A DNA stretch of 64,000 bases from a virus (taxonomy: Duplodnaviria > Caudoviricetes), in IMG/VR virus record IMGVR_UViG_3300044551_000092, positions 32,001-96,000 of that record; one strand, 5' to 3'. This document shows, piece after piece, positions 9,399-18,546 of the stretch (its first letter is position 1; the number at the start of each line of letters is the position of its first letter). The position numbers and the translations under genes were made by a program. A model generated the notes under the pieces. It ran no database searches. It was not told the DNA's origin and was given only the letters and a program-made list of their open reading frames with translations.

Positions 9399-10328
9399 TT
9401 ATCGTATGGCGAACGGAGTCTGAGTTGCTGCTTGTGCGAATGGATCACTGGTTGTTGGTACTGCCGCCCCACCCTGCTGGGCGAAAGCATTGCTTCCAAA
9501 TACAGAAGCCTTTGCAAAGATACTATTTTGTGTCGTCGGCGGAGTGGATTTAGAAATTTCCTTCCCTGCCGTTTCCTCTACCAGATCAACAATTAGTTTT
9601 TCATAAATCGATGCCAATAAGCGTCGTTCATTGACATGAGAGTTTGTTGTACTGTAATCAATTAAATATACGATTTCTGTATTATTCTGATCCAATGCAA
9701 CTCGGCCGGAAGGCGAATAACTACCGGCAACCTTTGCTGTCATAACCGTACCTTCATTGACTATTGGAATAAAACGTTTTTTGGCAGGAAACATAGTAGC
9801 ATTGAAACGATCAGAAAATGTATCATCTTGCTGATTATAAATTTTATTATAACCAGAAACCACCGGCTGATTATTTTGATTTAGCTTAATATAAAAGTCT
9901 TCTTTGAGCATATGAAACGGAGATGCCTCGTCTGTTATCGTCATAGCTACCTTGATGCTATTTCGTAATTCAAAGACTGTAAACCATAATCCCTTCTCTT
10001 GATATTCTGCGTACTTGTTTTGATTCTGGCGAATTTCTACATTTACGCCCTGTACGAATTGCTGATAAACTTTACCAAGCAAACTATAAATAATACTGAA
10101 CTTTTTTATAATTAACGTGTCAAAATGGCCACTTGCTACGAACACCTTGTTATTGTACTGTGAACGATTGATAAAATATTTCAAGCTCCACCCTGCCGTG
10201 ATTGACTGAGACTTATCAGTGACATACACCGGAAGCTGACCTCGTTCATTGATCTGATTTCCGACCGTTACACTTGTGTTCTTTTCAATAATATCTTTAA
10301 TTCCAGATAAGATACTCATAAAAAACAT
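9399..10328 (-). CDS. hypothetical protein with low-complexity C-terminal tail
   Basis: 309-aa ORF, SD upstream. Confidence 0.75.
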   Translation of the reverse strand: MFFMSILSGIKDIIEKNTSVTVGNQINERGQLPVYVTDKSQSITAGWSLKYFINRSQYNNKVFVASGHFDTLIIKKFSIIYSLLGKVYQQFVQGVNVEIRQNQNKYAEYQEKGLWFTVFELRNSIKVAMTITDEASPFHMLKEDFYIKLNQNNQPVVSGYNKIYNQQDDTFSDRFNATMFPAKKRFIPIVNEGTVMTAKVAGSYSPSGRVALDQNNTEIVYLIDYSTTNSHVNERRLLASIYEKLIVDLVEETAGKEISKSTPPTTQNSIFAKASVFGSNAFAQQGGAAVPTTSDPFAQAATQTPFAIR

Positions 10329-10357
10329 CTCCCTATATGATAGTTATATTTTCATTG

Positions 10358-10374
10358 CATTGGCCGACAGGCCA
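10358..10374 (-). promoter_or_regulatory. conserved mini-hairpin motif copy (candidate phage-RNAP promoter)
   Basis: + strand CAT-TGGCC-GACA-GGCCA, about 30 nt upstream of ATG 10328. Confidence 0.6.
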
Positions 10375-10728
10375 TCAATAGCCTATAGAATGCTCAATAA
10401 TTAAAGTTATCTGATTCGCGATATGATTGAAGTAGCAATAGCCAGAATAAATAATATAGGTAATAACTCTATATTACCTGTTAAAATAAGAAGACCTAAT
10501 ATAAAGACATAAAGCAGAATTCCTCACGACCTAATAAAATAATATTATATATTATATAAAAATATTATTGTATTTCACTAATAAATAATAAATATTAATA
10601 TATAAACATAAAAAATAATCATTTTGCTATTCTTGTTAAGATAAACTTCACAAGACGCAAAATGATAGTTAAACTCCGCCTACGCCTCACCAAGCTTCGG
10701 CGTTTAACGGCGGATTTTTATGTCTATA

Positions 10729-10911
10729 TTAAAGGTTTAATAGAATTGTAACGACAAATACAATACAAAATGGATAGAAAAATAATTCAAATCCACTCAG
10801 TTGATACCACGGATGTTTTGGATTAACTCTATAATTATAGAAATCAGGGTCATCAACGATGATCTTATGTTTCTTATTAAAGTACTTCCATTTATCCCTC
10901 GGAGATTCCAT
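10729..10911 (-). CDS. small membrane protein
   Basis: C-terminal hydrophobic segment; G-rich SD before ATG 10911. Confidence 0.55.
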   Translation of the reverse strand: MESPRDKWKYFNKKHKIIVDDPDFYNYRVNPKHPWYQLSGFELFFYPFCIVFVVTILLNL

Positions 10912-10947
10912 GTCTATGCCCCCTATTATAATTATATTATCGCTTAA

Positions 10948-10964
10948 CATTTGCCGACAGGCAA
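10948..10964 (-). promoter_or_regulatory. conserved mini-hairpin motif copy
   Basis: + strand CAT-TTGCC-GACA-GGCAA. Confidence 0.6.
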
Positions 10965-11395
10965 TTGACTGCTCAATATTATACTATTACAGTTATTTAT
11001 CTTATCGAGTATTCATTGAAATAAATGATAATTATCAATATATAATATTGAACAATCACTAAATGATGGAAATTTATCAGTCAATAATATTAAACAACCT
11101 CTAACTATAATATAAACAATAATATTTAATATTGCGCAATATATAAAATGTCATAAAAAGTGTAATCAATAATATCAAGCAGAAAATAATTGTAAACTTG
11201 TAAGTCAATTATAATATTGGGCAATGAATAAGTTGTAAACTAAGTTATCAGAAACAATATATGACAAAGAATAATTGAACTATATCAATTATAAGATAAT
11301 GTTAAGCAACATATGGCTTGTAGAATGAACAACGCCTTATAATATGTGACAACCTATAATAAAATGCTATAATATAGGACAATGATAGGGGAGGG

Positions 11396-12037
11396 GTGCA
11401 AAAAATGGAGGTACAGTACATCTCAATTGGTGATGCAGCCAAACGTATTGATGTTCCACAGCCAACTTTAAGATTCTGGGTGAATACGCTTGAAGAGTAT
11501 GGCATTCACTTCGTTAAACGGACAGATAGTGGTAAGCGTATCTTTGAGGACACCGATATCGACATTTTCAAATATATGCGGGATATAAGAAAAGAAATCG
11601 GTAAGAGAGCTGATGGCAAAGATACAGCTTACTATATCCGCGATACGGCTAAAAAAATGGGACTTATATTACGTTCGTACGAAGATGCCCCTCAGCCGCA
11701 TCCTCATACGCGTAAATCACGTGAACTCTTATCACAGGAAGATCTCAAAGAGCTATTATCCAGTGATAGGGTAAAAGAGTTCCTGTCTGCCGCTATTGAT
11801 CAACGTGTTAACGAACAGCTTGAACAAAATAAAAATGATATTCTTGAACAAGTCCATAAAGAGAATACTGAAGTTGAACAAAAACTGGATGACATCAAAA
11901 AGCAACTTGAATCTCGAGATCAAAAGCTAACGCAATTTATGCGTGAACTACTCGATCAGAGAAAAAAAGATCAACAACAACGAGAAACAGAAGCTCAAAC
12001 GAAAAAAGGATTTTTCTCAAGACTGTTCGGTGGTTAA
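11396..12037 (+). CDS. MerR-type HTH + coiled coil + amphipathic C-terminus (RacA/TubY/DUF3967-like)
   Basis: SIGDAAKRIDVPQPTLRFW HTH, coiled coil, terminal KKGFFSRLFGG. Confidence 0.8.
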   Translation: MQKMEVQYISIGDAAKRIDVPQPTLRFWVNTLEEYGIHFVKRTDSGKRIFEDTDIDIFKYMRDIRKEIGKRADGKDTAYYIRDTAKKMGLILRSYEDAPQPHPHTRKSRELLSQEDLKELLSSDRVKEFLSAAIDQRVNEQLEQNKNDILEQVHKENTEVEQKLDDIKKQLESRDQKLTQFMRELLDQRKKDQQQRETEAQTKKGFFSRLFGG

Positions 12038-12546
12038 ACGGGCATCTTGACATCATATAAGTCCTCACGGGCTTTCCTAATATAATCAGACGTTTTCTGT
12101 AAAACAAATAATCTATTCAATGGGTTTGGATTTAAATCTTTTTGTCTATAATGAACTTTGTAGGCAAGTGATTTATAACGAAGCAAACCAAAGATTTCCT
12201 GCCAGAGATCGGCATGGCGAAGCAAATGACCTTTAGCCGTAATCCAGCCATCTCGTTCCCATTTATACATGTTTTTGTGCAGACCGGCGGACACCGAAGG
12301 TAAATCGGTATAAATGTGCAAAAAAGAAGGGGACTTTATTGCTTGAAGGCCCTGACGAAGAGCCATAAGCGTCATTCGAGTCACAGTTGCATTCTTTGCA
12401 TATCCACCAATTGTCTTTGTCATTTGCCGATCGTCAAGCATAGAAGAAAGGAGGGCACAATAACCACCATTACCTTCTTTGTCAGCAGAGCCGGAGATCC
12501 ACATATCAATCCGGAGCTTTGTATAAGCAATTCGGCCTGAAGCCAT
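12034..12546 (-). CDS. RNase HI-fold protein lacking catalytic residues
   Basis: WISGS (for xDGS), GGYCALL, TVTRMTL (for TNNRMEL), IYTD, WERDGW, HADLWQ. Confidence 0.8.
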   Translation of the reverse strand: MASGRIAYTKLRIDMWISGSADKEGNGGYCALLSSMLDDRQMTKTIGGYAKNATVTRMTLMALRQGLQAIKSPSFLHIYTDLPSVSAGLHKNMYKWERDGWITAKGHLLRHADLWQEIFGLLRYKSLAYKVHYRQKDLNPNPLNRLFVLQKTSDYIRKAREDLYDVKMPV

Positions 12547-12726
12547 CTAGATCACCTTATTTCTGACGCTTTATCTGATAATAGTTAATGAGTATCATAA
12601 TTAGATAAACTGGCCACAAGAAAATATAGAATAAAGCAAAGAGTAAATTGACTAAAACCTGTTGACGATTCGATGTTCGGAGAAGCTGTAATATAAAAAT
12701 AAAAATGCCAATCAAAACATAGAACA

Positions 12727-13212
12727 TCAAAAGGGTACACTCCTTTGCTCAAACGTTTGTTTAATAATTTGCCTTCGTAATTCCATCAACATTTTGCCCA
12801 ACATATTCATCCCATTATCGTCACGGCCACATCCCCAAAATTCATCATTGATGTTTCCCTCAATTAAAATAGCATCACCCGTATCAAGTAATAACTTTTT
12901 TAAATCAGGATTCTGTATAAATTTAGCCTTAATAGCTTTCTTCATGGCATCTAAGCGTCCCTGAGCGTCCCAGTGCGGCGCAAGACGATATCGACGACTG
13001 TTTCCCATGCGCTTAGCCAAATAGGGCTTAGGAGCCCTTCTAATCGATTCCTGATACTCTGGATTAAAAGGGAACTTCATCGCTTGAAAATAATGCTCGA
13101 CCGAAGGCCAAACCTGACCGTTAATCGTGAAATTCCGCATGTAAAAATTACTCAATTCAAAATACCGCGTGCTATGTGAGAAAAAACGTATTTCTTTAGA
13201 CATCAGATACAC
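12727..13212 (-). CDS. NADAR (YbiA-like) family protein
   Basis: LSNFY, WPSVEHYFQAMKF, AKFIQN, LLDTGDAILIE, DEFWG, GMNMLGKMLMELR. Confidence 0.93.
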   Translation of the reverse strand: MYLMSKEIRFFSHSTRYFELSNFYMRNFTINGQVWPSVEHYFQAMKFPFNPEYQESIRRAPKPYLAKRMGNSRRYRLAPHWDAQGRLDAMKKAIKAKFIQNPDLKKLLLDTGDAILIEGNINDEFWGCGRDDNGMNMLGKMLMELRRQIIKQTFEQRSVPF

Positions 13213-13213
13213 C

Positions 13214-13702
13214 TCAATTTAATTTATAAATAAATACGGTCATTTTAAACTGGTCTGACAATATATCCAGCATGTGTGAGACAGATGGCCAGTTGCCGCC
13301 GGCTAGTCCGCACCCCATGCCGTAAGGGAAACCGATTTTTATCAGCCAACCTCTAAAAATAGAATCTCTATTTGTAGAAATAAAACGAAACATACTTTGT
13401 AATGATGATCTTAACGCTTGATAGTCCGTATATTTTATATCTCGTCCATAGCGATATTGCCCATATAGATTGAAAACTGCACGGTTAGGACAAATAAAAT
13501 AAGAAAACTTTCCTAAACGTTCCTGTGGAGAAAATGGAAAAGTCTTATCTGCTAGATAGGCACCGGGATACATCTTTTTGATCTGACGTGCAAAACCAGC
13601 ACCCATGACTGAAAAACAATTACACTGCTGACCAATAATAGTACAGTCGCTTCTTAACAGATCACCTTGAACAAATCGAAGCAAGTTATCATCTCCAATC
13701 AA
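13214..13702 (-). CDS. Macro domain ADP-ribosylhydrolase
   Basis: QGDLL, QQCNC, MGAGFA, NLYGQ, PYGMGCGLAGGNW. Confidence 0.9.
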   Translation of the reverse strand: MIGDDNLLRFVQGDLLRSDCTIIGQQCNCFSVMGAGFARQIKKMYPGAYLADKTFPFSPQERLGKFSYFICPNRAVFNLYGQYRYGRDIKYTDYQALRSSLQSMFRFISTNRDSIFRGWLIKIGFPYGMGCGLAGGNWPSVSHMLDILSDQFKMTVFIYKLN

Positions 13703-13706
13703 TTAA

Positions 13707-14225
13707 TTAAAATGTCACAACGCGATAGGGAAGGCCAGCTTGTTTAGCAATGTCGATCATATGCTGAGTCCCGGGAGTTCCACCATGTTGCATAAACGCT
13801 ACCAGGGCATCCGCGTGTTCAGCCATATCCACATTTCGCATAAAGCCGGCTTGCTTGCCAAATCGTCCCCAGTCTGCCGGATAACAGTCGATAAAATACC
13901 CTTTCTCCTGAGCGTAACGTTCACCAAGAGTATCGGCACCGCGGGCAGCACCAGACACAACTACAAGACCAATGGGATTTCTATTCCTTAGAAAATAATT
14001 AAGACATCGTTTCAGCTTTACATAATCTTGAAATGTTCGGCTTCCTGCTACTATCACACGAAACACATCATTACGAGATGACAGAACATGATAAGTCACA
14101 AAAGAAATAGATCGACCGTCTTCAGTAGATAATCGATTGAAATCATTGTTATCGTTACAGTATCGAATACACATCAGATTATGAAAACGTGATGTATGAT
14201 CAATATACTGTACGAGATAAGGCAT
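13707..14225 (-). CDS. SLOG family protein (DUF2493/YspA-like) with N-terminal extension
   Basis: VIVAGSRTF, VVSGAARGAD, PADW..GKQAGFMRN, GTQHMI; SD GGAGGTGA before ATG 14225. Confidence 0.88.
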   Translation of the reverse strand: MPYLVQYIDHTSRFHNLMCIRYCNDNNDFNRLSTEDGRSISFVTYHVLSSRNDVFRVIVAGSRTFQDYVKLKRCLNYFLRNRNPIGLVVVSGAARGADTLGERYAQEKGYFIDCYPADWGRFGKQAGFMRNVDMAEHADALVAFMQHGGTPGTQHMIDIAKQAGLPYRVVTF

Positions 14226-14242
14226 ATTTCTCACCTCCGCTA

Positions 14243-14259
14243 CACAAGCCGATAGGCTT
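14243..14259 (-). promoter_or_regulatory. conserved mini-hairpin motif copy
   Basis: + strand CAC-AAGCC-GATA-GGCTT, just upstream of the SD of the SLOG gene. Confidence 0.6.
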
Positions 14260-14311
14260 ATTGTGGAACAAGTGAAATAGGGGAGTGGCCCCATACAAAT
14301 AGCGAGCGCCT

Positions 14312-14587
14312 TCAAGCGTGAATATCAGTGATAACTACAAAAGTATTGTTCCCTTTTTGCTTTTGAACGGTTTTTTTAAGACATTTTTCAACACAGTTAT
14401 ATTCCTTTGCAAAACTTAAATTTGCTGGAATGAGAATCATAGCAAACGAAGGAGTATTGGATATAAATTTACAAAGCCGCTTTTTGACTAAAAAATGCTT
14501 TTTTTCGTATCGAGAAAAACCGATAAAAAAGCGTACACATACTTTTTTTCTAATGGGCGGATGCGCTAAATTCCGTTTGTGTTTCAT
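14312..14587 (-). CDS. hypothetical basic protein
   Basis: ORF with SD GGAGG. Confidence 0.6.
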   Translation of the reverse strand: MKHKRNLAHPPIRKKVCVRFFIGFSRYEKKHFLVKKRLCKFISNTPSFAMILIPANLSFAKEYNCVEKCLKKTVQKQKGNNTFVVITDIHA

Positions 14588-14615
14588 AAAAAATCCTCCG
14601 AATCTATAATTTATC

Positions 14616-14789
14616 TTATTTTTTAGATTCTAAAGCTGCAATTTTTCGCTTTTCTTGAACTATTCGAAGGCGTAATGCCTCCATTTGTCTGTCATGTGCT
14701 CTTTTATCTCTTTTATCCTTAGCATCATCAATAAAAAAAGAAATAATAAAGATTGAAGTAACAACTGCAGCCAAAATATTTAGATACAC
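14616..14789 (-). CDS. small membrane-anchored protein (57 aa)
   Basis: GTG start, MYLNILAAVVTSIFIISFFI then a charged tail; SD AAAGGA; below the ORF-track cutoff. Confidence 0.55.
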   Translation of the reverse strand: MYLNILAAVVTSIFIISFFIDDAKDKRDKRAHDRQMEALRLRIVQEKRKIAALESKK

Positions 14790-14908
14790 AATACCATATC
14801 CTTTCTAAAATATAGAAGATTATTAGAAAAAAATCAAGATAATACAAGATAATATATGAAACACAAAGAAACATAAGAAAATCCCCTTAAAAATAGAAGA
14901 GGAGGCTA

Positions 14909-15433
14909 TTATAACTTTCGATAGGCAAGCATATTAGCCGTTTCTGGATTAAATTGAATATCTTGAAATCCAGAAGCACCATAAAAATCCCGAAGAGCAG
15001 GAATCGGCGTATATTCTACGCAAGCACACTTCATACCGACATATTTTTGAGCATAATAAATAAGCTCAATGGCTTGATCGATAAGTACAGAGCCCTTAAC
15101 AATTCCCTTAAACCGATCACTACGTCCAAGCTGAGCAATTAAATAACACGAGAAATTATCATCCCGGGCACCAACTTTACGGCGAATGCTATTAGATACA
15201 TCATCATGTAAAAAAAATTGCTTAACCATCAAAGTAAAATAACCGATTAATTGATAGTCATTACTAAAACACAAATGAGTTGCAGAAAGATTCTGAGCAT
15301 CTATTGCTAATGCTGACCTTTGGAGAAATCGCTGAACATTCAAATCTTTCTCACACGAAAAAGAAGAAAGGACGTTATTTAGACTCCTTTCTCCTAAAAG
15401 ATTTTTTGCTTTAGTTAATCGTATTACTCTCAT
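14909..15433 (-). CDS. GNAT acetyltransferase, TacT/AtaT-like toxin candidate
   Basis: FSCE..NVQRFL, LIGYFTL, YLIAQLGR, GSVLI, FYGASGF. Confidence 0.75.
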   Translation of the reverse strand: MRVIRLTKAKNLLGERSLNNVLSSFSCEKDLNVQRFLQRSALAIDAQNLSATHLCFSNDYQLIGYFTLMVKQFFLHDDVSNSIRRKVGARDDNFSCYLIAQLGRSDRFKGIVKGSVLIDQAIELIYYAQKYVGMKCACVEYTPIPALRDFYGASGFQDIQFNPETANMLAYRKL

Positions 15434-15717
15434 CGTTTATCCCATGCCTCCCGAAGTTCTTGATAATATTTTTCTTGCTCCTTTTTTGGAAGGAGATCGA
15501 CAAATACAGTATTATCTACCTTCGGATGAGAAGGGGTGGGAGCTTTATCAGCTGCGATTATACGTTCACAAGCTTCCTTATCAAGAACAAATTCATCGTC
15601 ACGCAAAAAGTGTAGGGTAGGATCGTTTAAATCAAGTTCATTATTGTTTTTCACTTTTTCTTCCAATTTTCTCATCTCCTTAGCCTTACTTTCATTCATC
15701 ATATCATGTCCTTTCAC
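15430..15717 (-). CDS. small charged protein, putative antitoxin
   Basis: ATGA overlap directly upstream of the GNAT gene. Confidence 0.5.
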   Translation of the reverse strand: MKGHDMMNESKAKEMRKLEEKVKNNNELDLNDPTLHFLRDDEFVLDKEACERIIAADKAPTPSHPKVDNTVFVDLLPKKEQEKYYQELREAWDKR

Positions 15718-15754
15718 TCTTATCCATAGGATTGACTGAAAGGACGTGATTTAG

Positions 15755-16054
15755 TCAATCAAAGGCGCGTTGATTAACCCGTTTAGCTGCCTCCTCGACA
15801 GAAATCATCTGATTTTCCTGTCGATCAAAAATTTGATTAAATCGTACATCTTCCGGGGTCGTCCATAATAAGACACGGTTCATGGAGCAGAATGTTGAGG
15901 GGCGCGCTGAGTTAACCCAAACTTCTGCCGTATCTTCTTTGCTATTAACGGTAAAATAGATATATCCCTGACTGCTGGTTGCTTCCTTTGCCGCCGCATA
16001 AATATCTTTTACTGTAATCATAAGAACACATCTCCTTTTTTTATATTGTATCAT
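15755..16054 (-). CDS. hypothetical protein
   Basis: ORF; SD before internal MITVK start. Confidence 0.6.
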   Translation of the reverse strand: MIQYKKRRCVLMITVKDIYAAAKEATSSQGYIYFTVNSKEDTAEVWVNSARPSTFCSMNRVLLWTTPEDVRFNQIFDRQENQMISVEEAAKRVNQRAFD

Positions 16055-16450
16055 TTAATTTATATCTGAATACTCACCCGATAAGTATTTTCCGAGCAAC
16101 TTATAAAGCGTAAAAATTATATCAAGATCTTGATCACCCACGCACTGAACTAAAAATTGTTTAATTACGTTGTTTGTTTCATTATCAGGAAGACACCGGA
16201 ATAGTTGTTCTAGATTAGATGGTTTATCATTTAAATCAGCCACTACTTTATAATTTACCACGGCTTTATCAAATTCAGATAACGGAACATAAATCAGTGC
16301 CTTCGAAGGTTTATCAAGCCGTATGCCTGAACCCTGTCGATGACTTAAACTTGCCATCAATGTACATTCAAGGAACAATTTATTATTTTCAATCTCTGCT
16401 GAATTAATGACGCCAGAAAGATTTTTATGATAGTCCTTCATTATACGCAC
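16055..16450 (-). CDS. hypothetical protein, paralogue of 21839..22210
   Basis: Shared IxSA, DKP, PLxxFxKA, KPxxLxxLF, IKxFL motifs. Confidence 0.7.
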   Translation of the reverse strand: MRIMKDYHKNLSGVINSAEIENNKLFLECTLMASLSHRQGSGIRLDKPSKALIYVPLSEFDKAVVNYKVVADLNDKPSNLEQLFRCLPDNETNNVIKQFLVQCVGDQDLDIIFTLYKLLGKYLSGEYSDIN

Positions 16451-16568
16451 CTCTTAACATAGTTGAATTATCCGTGAAAATTACTCATAAATTTATTATA
16501 TCCCAAATAATGAACCAAATCGGAGATATTATCGATCAAATACGTAATACTATACGTAACACTAAGGT

Positions 16569-16763
16569 TTAATTATCATGTTGATGCAGTCCACGAATAA
16601 TACGATTTGCTGTCTGTTCATCGTCTACGTTTTTTGCGATAATAGCCGCCGGATGAGCATTGCCAATCGTGTAGAGTGACAGGATCTCCTTGTCTTGTGA
16701 GTTCCACACATACCAACCCTGCAAATAGCGGTCGGGAACGGGTAGATATTCAACCTTGTTCAT
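16569..16763 (-). CDS. hypothetical protein
   Basis: ORF with SD. Confidence 0.55.
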   Translation of the reverse strand: MNKVEYLPVPDRYLQGWYVWNSQDKEILSLYTIGNAHPAAIIAKNVDDEQTANRIIRGLHQHDN

Positions 16764-16965
16764 TTTGTTGCACCTTCTTCATTAAAAATGGAGTAAGAAG
16801 CGATCGATTTTTAACCACGCGAATGAATTGACCCTTCACATAAGCCAGGGCACCTGAAAGGGCAACATACGAAAATCCATTATAGGCAACAATTAAGTCA
16901 AAACCATTGAAGGAATTGCGCCGTACGAAAAAGTGCGCCTTCTTCGGATCGATATATTGAGCCAT
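16750..16965 (-). CDS. hypothetical protein (MAQYIDPKK...)
   Basis: SD AGGAGG before ATG 16965. Confidence 0.6.
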   Translation of the reverse strand: MAQYIDPKKAHFFVRRNSFNGFDLIVAYNGFSYVALSGALAYVKGQFIRVVKNRSLLTPFLMKKVQQNEQG

Positions 16966-16969
16966 GAAA

Positions 16970-17425
16970 CTAAACCTCCTTAATTTTATCCATTGACAAA
17001 TTACAAAGTTCATCGGTACGTTCATTTCATCGGATACCGGCATGTCCTGGAACGCGCTGAACCGAAATGTCTTTAAAACGTACAATCAGTTTCTTAACCT
17101 GAATCCACAAATCACGATTTTTTACAGGCTTTTTATTAGACGTCCGCCAACCGTTATTCAGCCAATGATCAAGACTTCCTGTATTAATATTGTGGATTAC
17201 ATACGAACTGTCACAGAAAACAATAACTGGGATATCATATCGTTTGAGTTCTGATAAACCGTTTATGAGAGCTGTCAATTCCATACGATTATTGGTCGTA
17301 TTCATTTCCGAATGAAAAAATTCCTTATGATATTTGCCAAAACACAAGACGACAGCCCACGCTCCGATATTATTGGACTGTCCATTTCCCCGGCAGCCAC
17401 CGTCACAATACAGATGAATATTCAT
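16970..17425 (-). pseudogene. rnhA: RNase HI with an in-frame TGA at codon 133 (nonsense allele or readthrough)
   Basis: YCDGG, TTNNRMEL, CDSSY, PVKNRDLW, GHAGIR-TGA-NERTDELCN... continues in frame to TAG at 16970. Confidence 0.85.
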
Positions 17426-17427
17426 TT

Positions 17428-17664
17428 TTACATCATCCTTTTAACATCATCTTTGATTTTGAATAGGTCTTTTCTGAGCTTAATTGTAATTCCTATAACC
17501 ATTAAAAAAAGCACGACTAGGAAAAGAACTAATAGTGCCGTATTTACCCCCCATATGTGGCCGAGAATATCAACGGCCAGATACAAAACGAGCAAGCTGC
17601 CAACCAGAATTGAAGCAAAAATGAAGAAAGCAGTAAGTGACAATATATTCCTCTCGTGTTTCAT
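17428..17664 (-). CDS. small two-TM membrane protein
   Basis: Two hydrophobic segments; likely start MKHERN at 17664. Confidence 0.65.
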   Translation of the reverse strand: MKHERNILSLTAFFIFASILVGSLLVLYLAVDILGHIWGVNTALLVLFLVVLFLMVIGITIKLRKDLFKIKDDVKRMM

Positions 17665-17710
17665 TAGAAAATCTTCTTTCATTTGATTTTTAGAAATCAT
17701 AAATTCAAAA

Positions 17711-17727
17711 CATAAGCCGATAGGCAT
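17711..17727 (-). promoter_or_regulatory. conserved mini-hairpin motif copy
   Basis: + strand CAT-AAGCC-GATA-GGCAT. Confidence 0.55.
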
Positions 17728-18234
17728 TTAAAATTGCTTACAATATATGAGAAAAATGTTCGCCTTTTCTGGACGTTTTTGCTGAAAAAGGCGAACGTTA
17801 TGTGAACATTAAGTGAACAAATCTCAGAAATGTAGAAAAACAGCGTTTTTACCGGTAAGTATTTTAATAGTAGGGAGACCTTTTTAAGAGAAGAAAAACT
17901 TAACAGTAAAGTTTCTCCAAAACGTGCAGAAAACTTTACCAGTTAGATTTCGGCGTTTTCTAGTTCAGAAAAAGGTTTGAAAAAAACAGAAAGAAGGTCT
18001 GTACAGAATGGATAAAAAATCCTATAAAAATAAAAGCACTGAGTTAGAAAGTATTTCCTCTAACACAGTATCGATTCTGGTCTATGTAGATAGGAAACAC
18101 TTGGAAACAACAAGTATTCTCTGATAGGCCAGAAAAAGAAGAAAAAATTACCGCTCAAAATAGAAAGAAGAAATTCCTATTTTAACCAATATGATCTCCC
18201 GTACAGAAGGGACAGTAGAACTCTCAACGGTAAC

Positions 18235-18498
18235 TTGAAATCTTACAAATTCCCTAGAAAAATGAAATTTCAGGTCACCGTTAAGAGTTCTGACTTATGG
18301 GGAGTGGACTGTCCTTTTATAAAGTACAGTAAACATTGGAAAAAGATGAAAAAATTTAAGCATTGGAGAGACTGGTGGGAAGTTATATATCACAAAAATC
18401 AGAAAACTTGTTTAAAAATGCTTCACAACGGAAAATTCCGCTTGGCGCCACTGATCACACGTTTAAATCTCTTATCAATCGTCAATGCTTTAAAATAA
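18235..18498 (+). CDS. hypothetical basic protein
   Basis: ORF followed by a plus-strand terminator. Confidence 0.35.
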   Translation: MKSYKFPRKMKFQVTVKSSDLWGVDCPFIKYSKHWKKMKKFKHWRDWWEVIYHKNQKTCLKMLHNGKFRLAPLITRLNLLSIVNALK

Positions 18499-18521
18499 AA
18501 CTAAGCATTCTAGCTGGTATT

Positions 18522-18543
18522 GCAGCCGCAAGGCTGTTTTTTT
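18522..18543 (+). terminator. intrinsic terminator
   Basis: GCAGCC-GCAA-GGCTGT followed by a T run. Confidence 0.7.
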
Positions 18544-18546
18544 ATG

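Noticed and set aside
18522-18537. Further copy of the hairpin promoter motif (GCC-GCAA-GGC)
   Set aside because: GNRA loop with a U-tract and no YAY flank; better explained as a terminator
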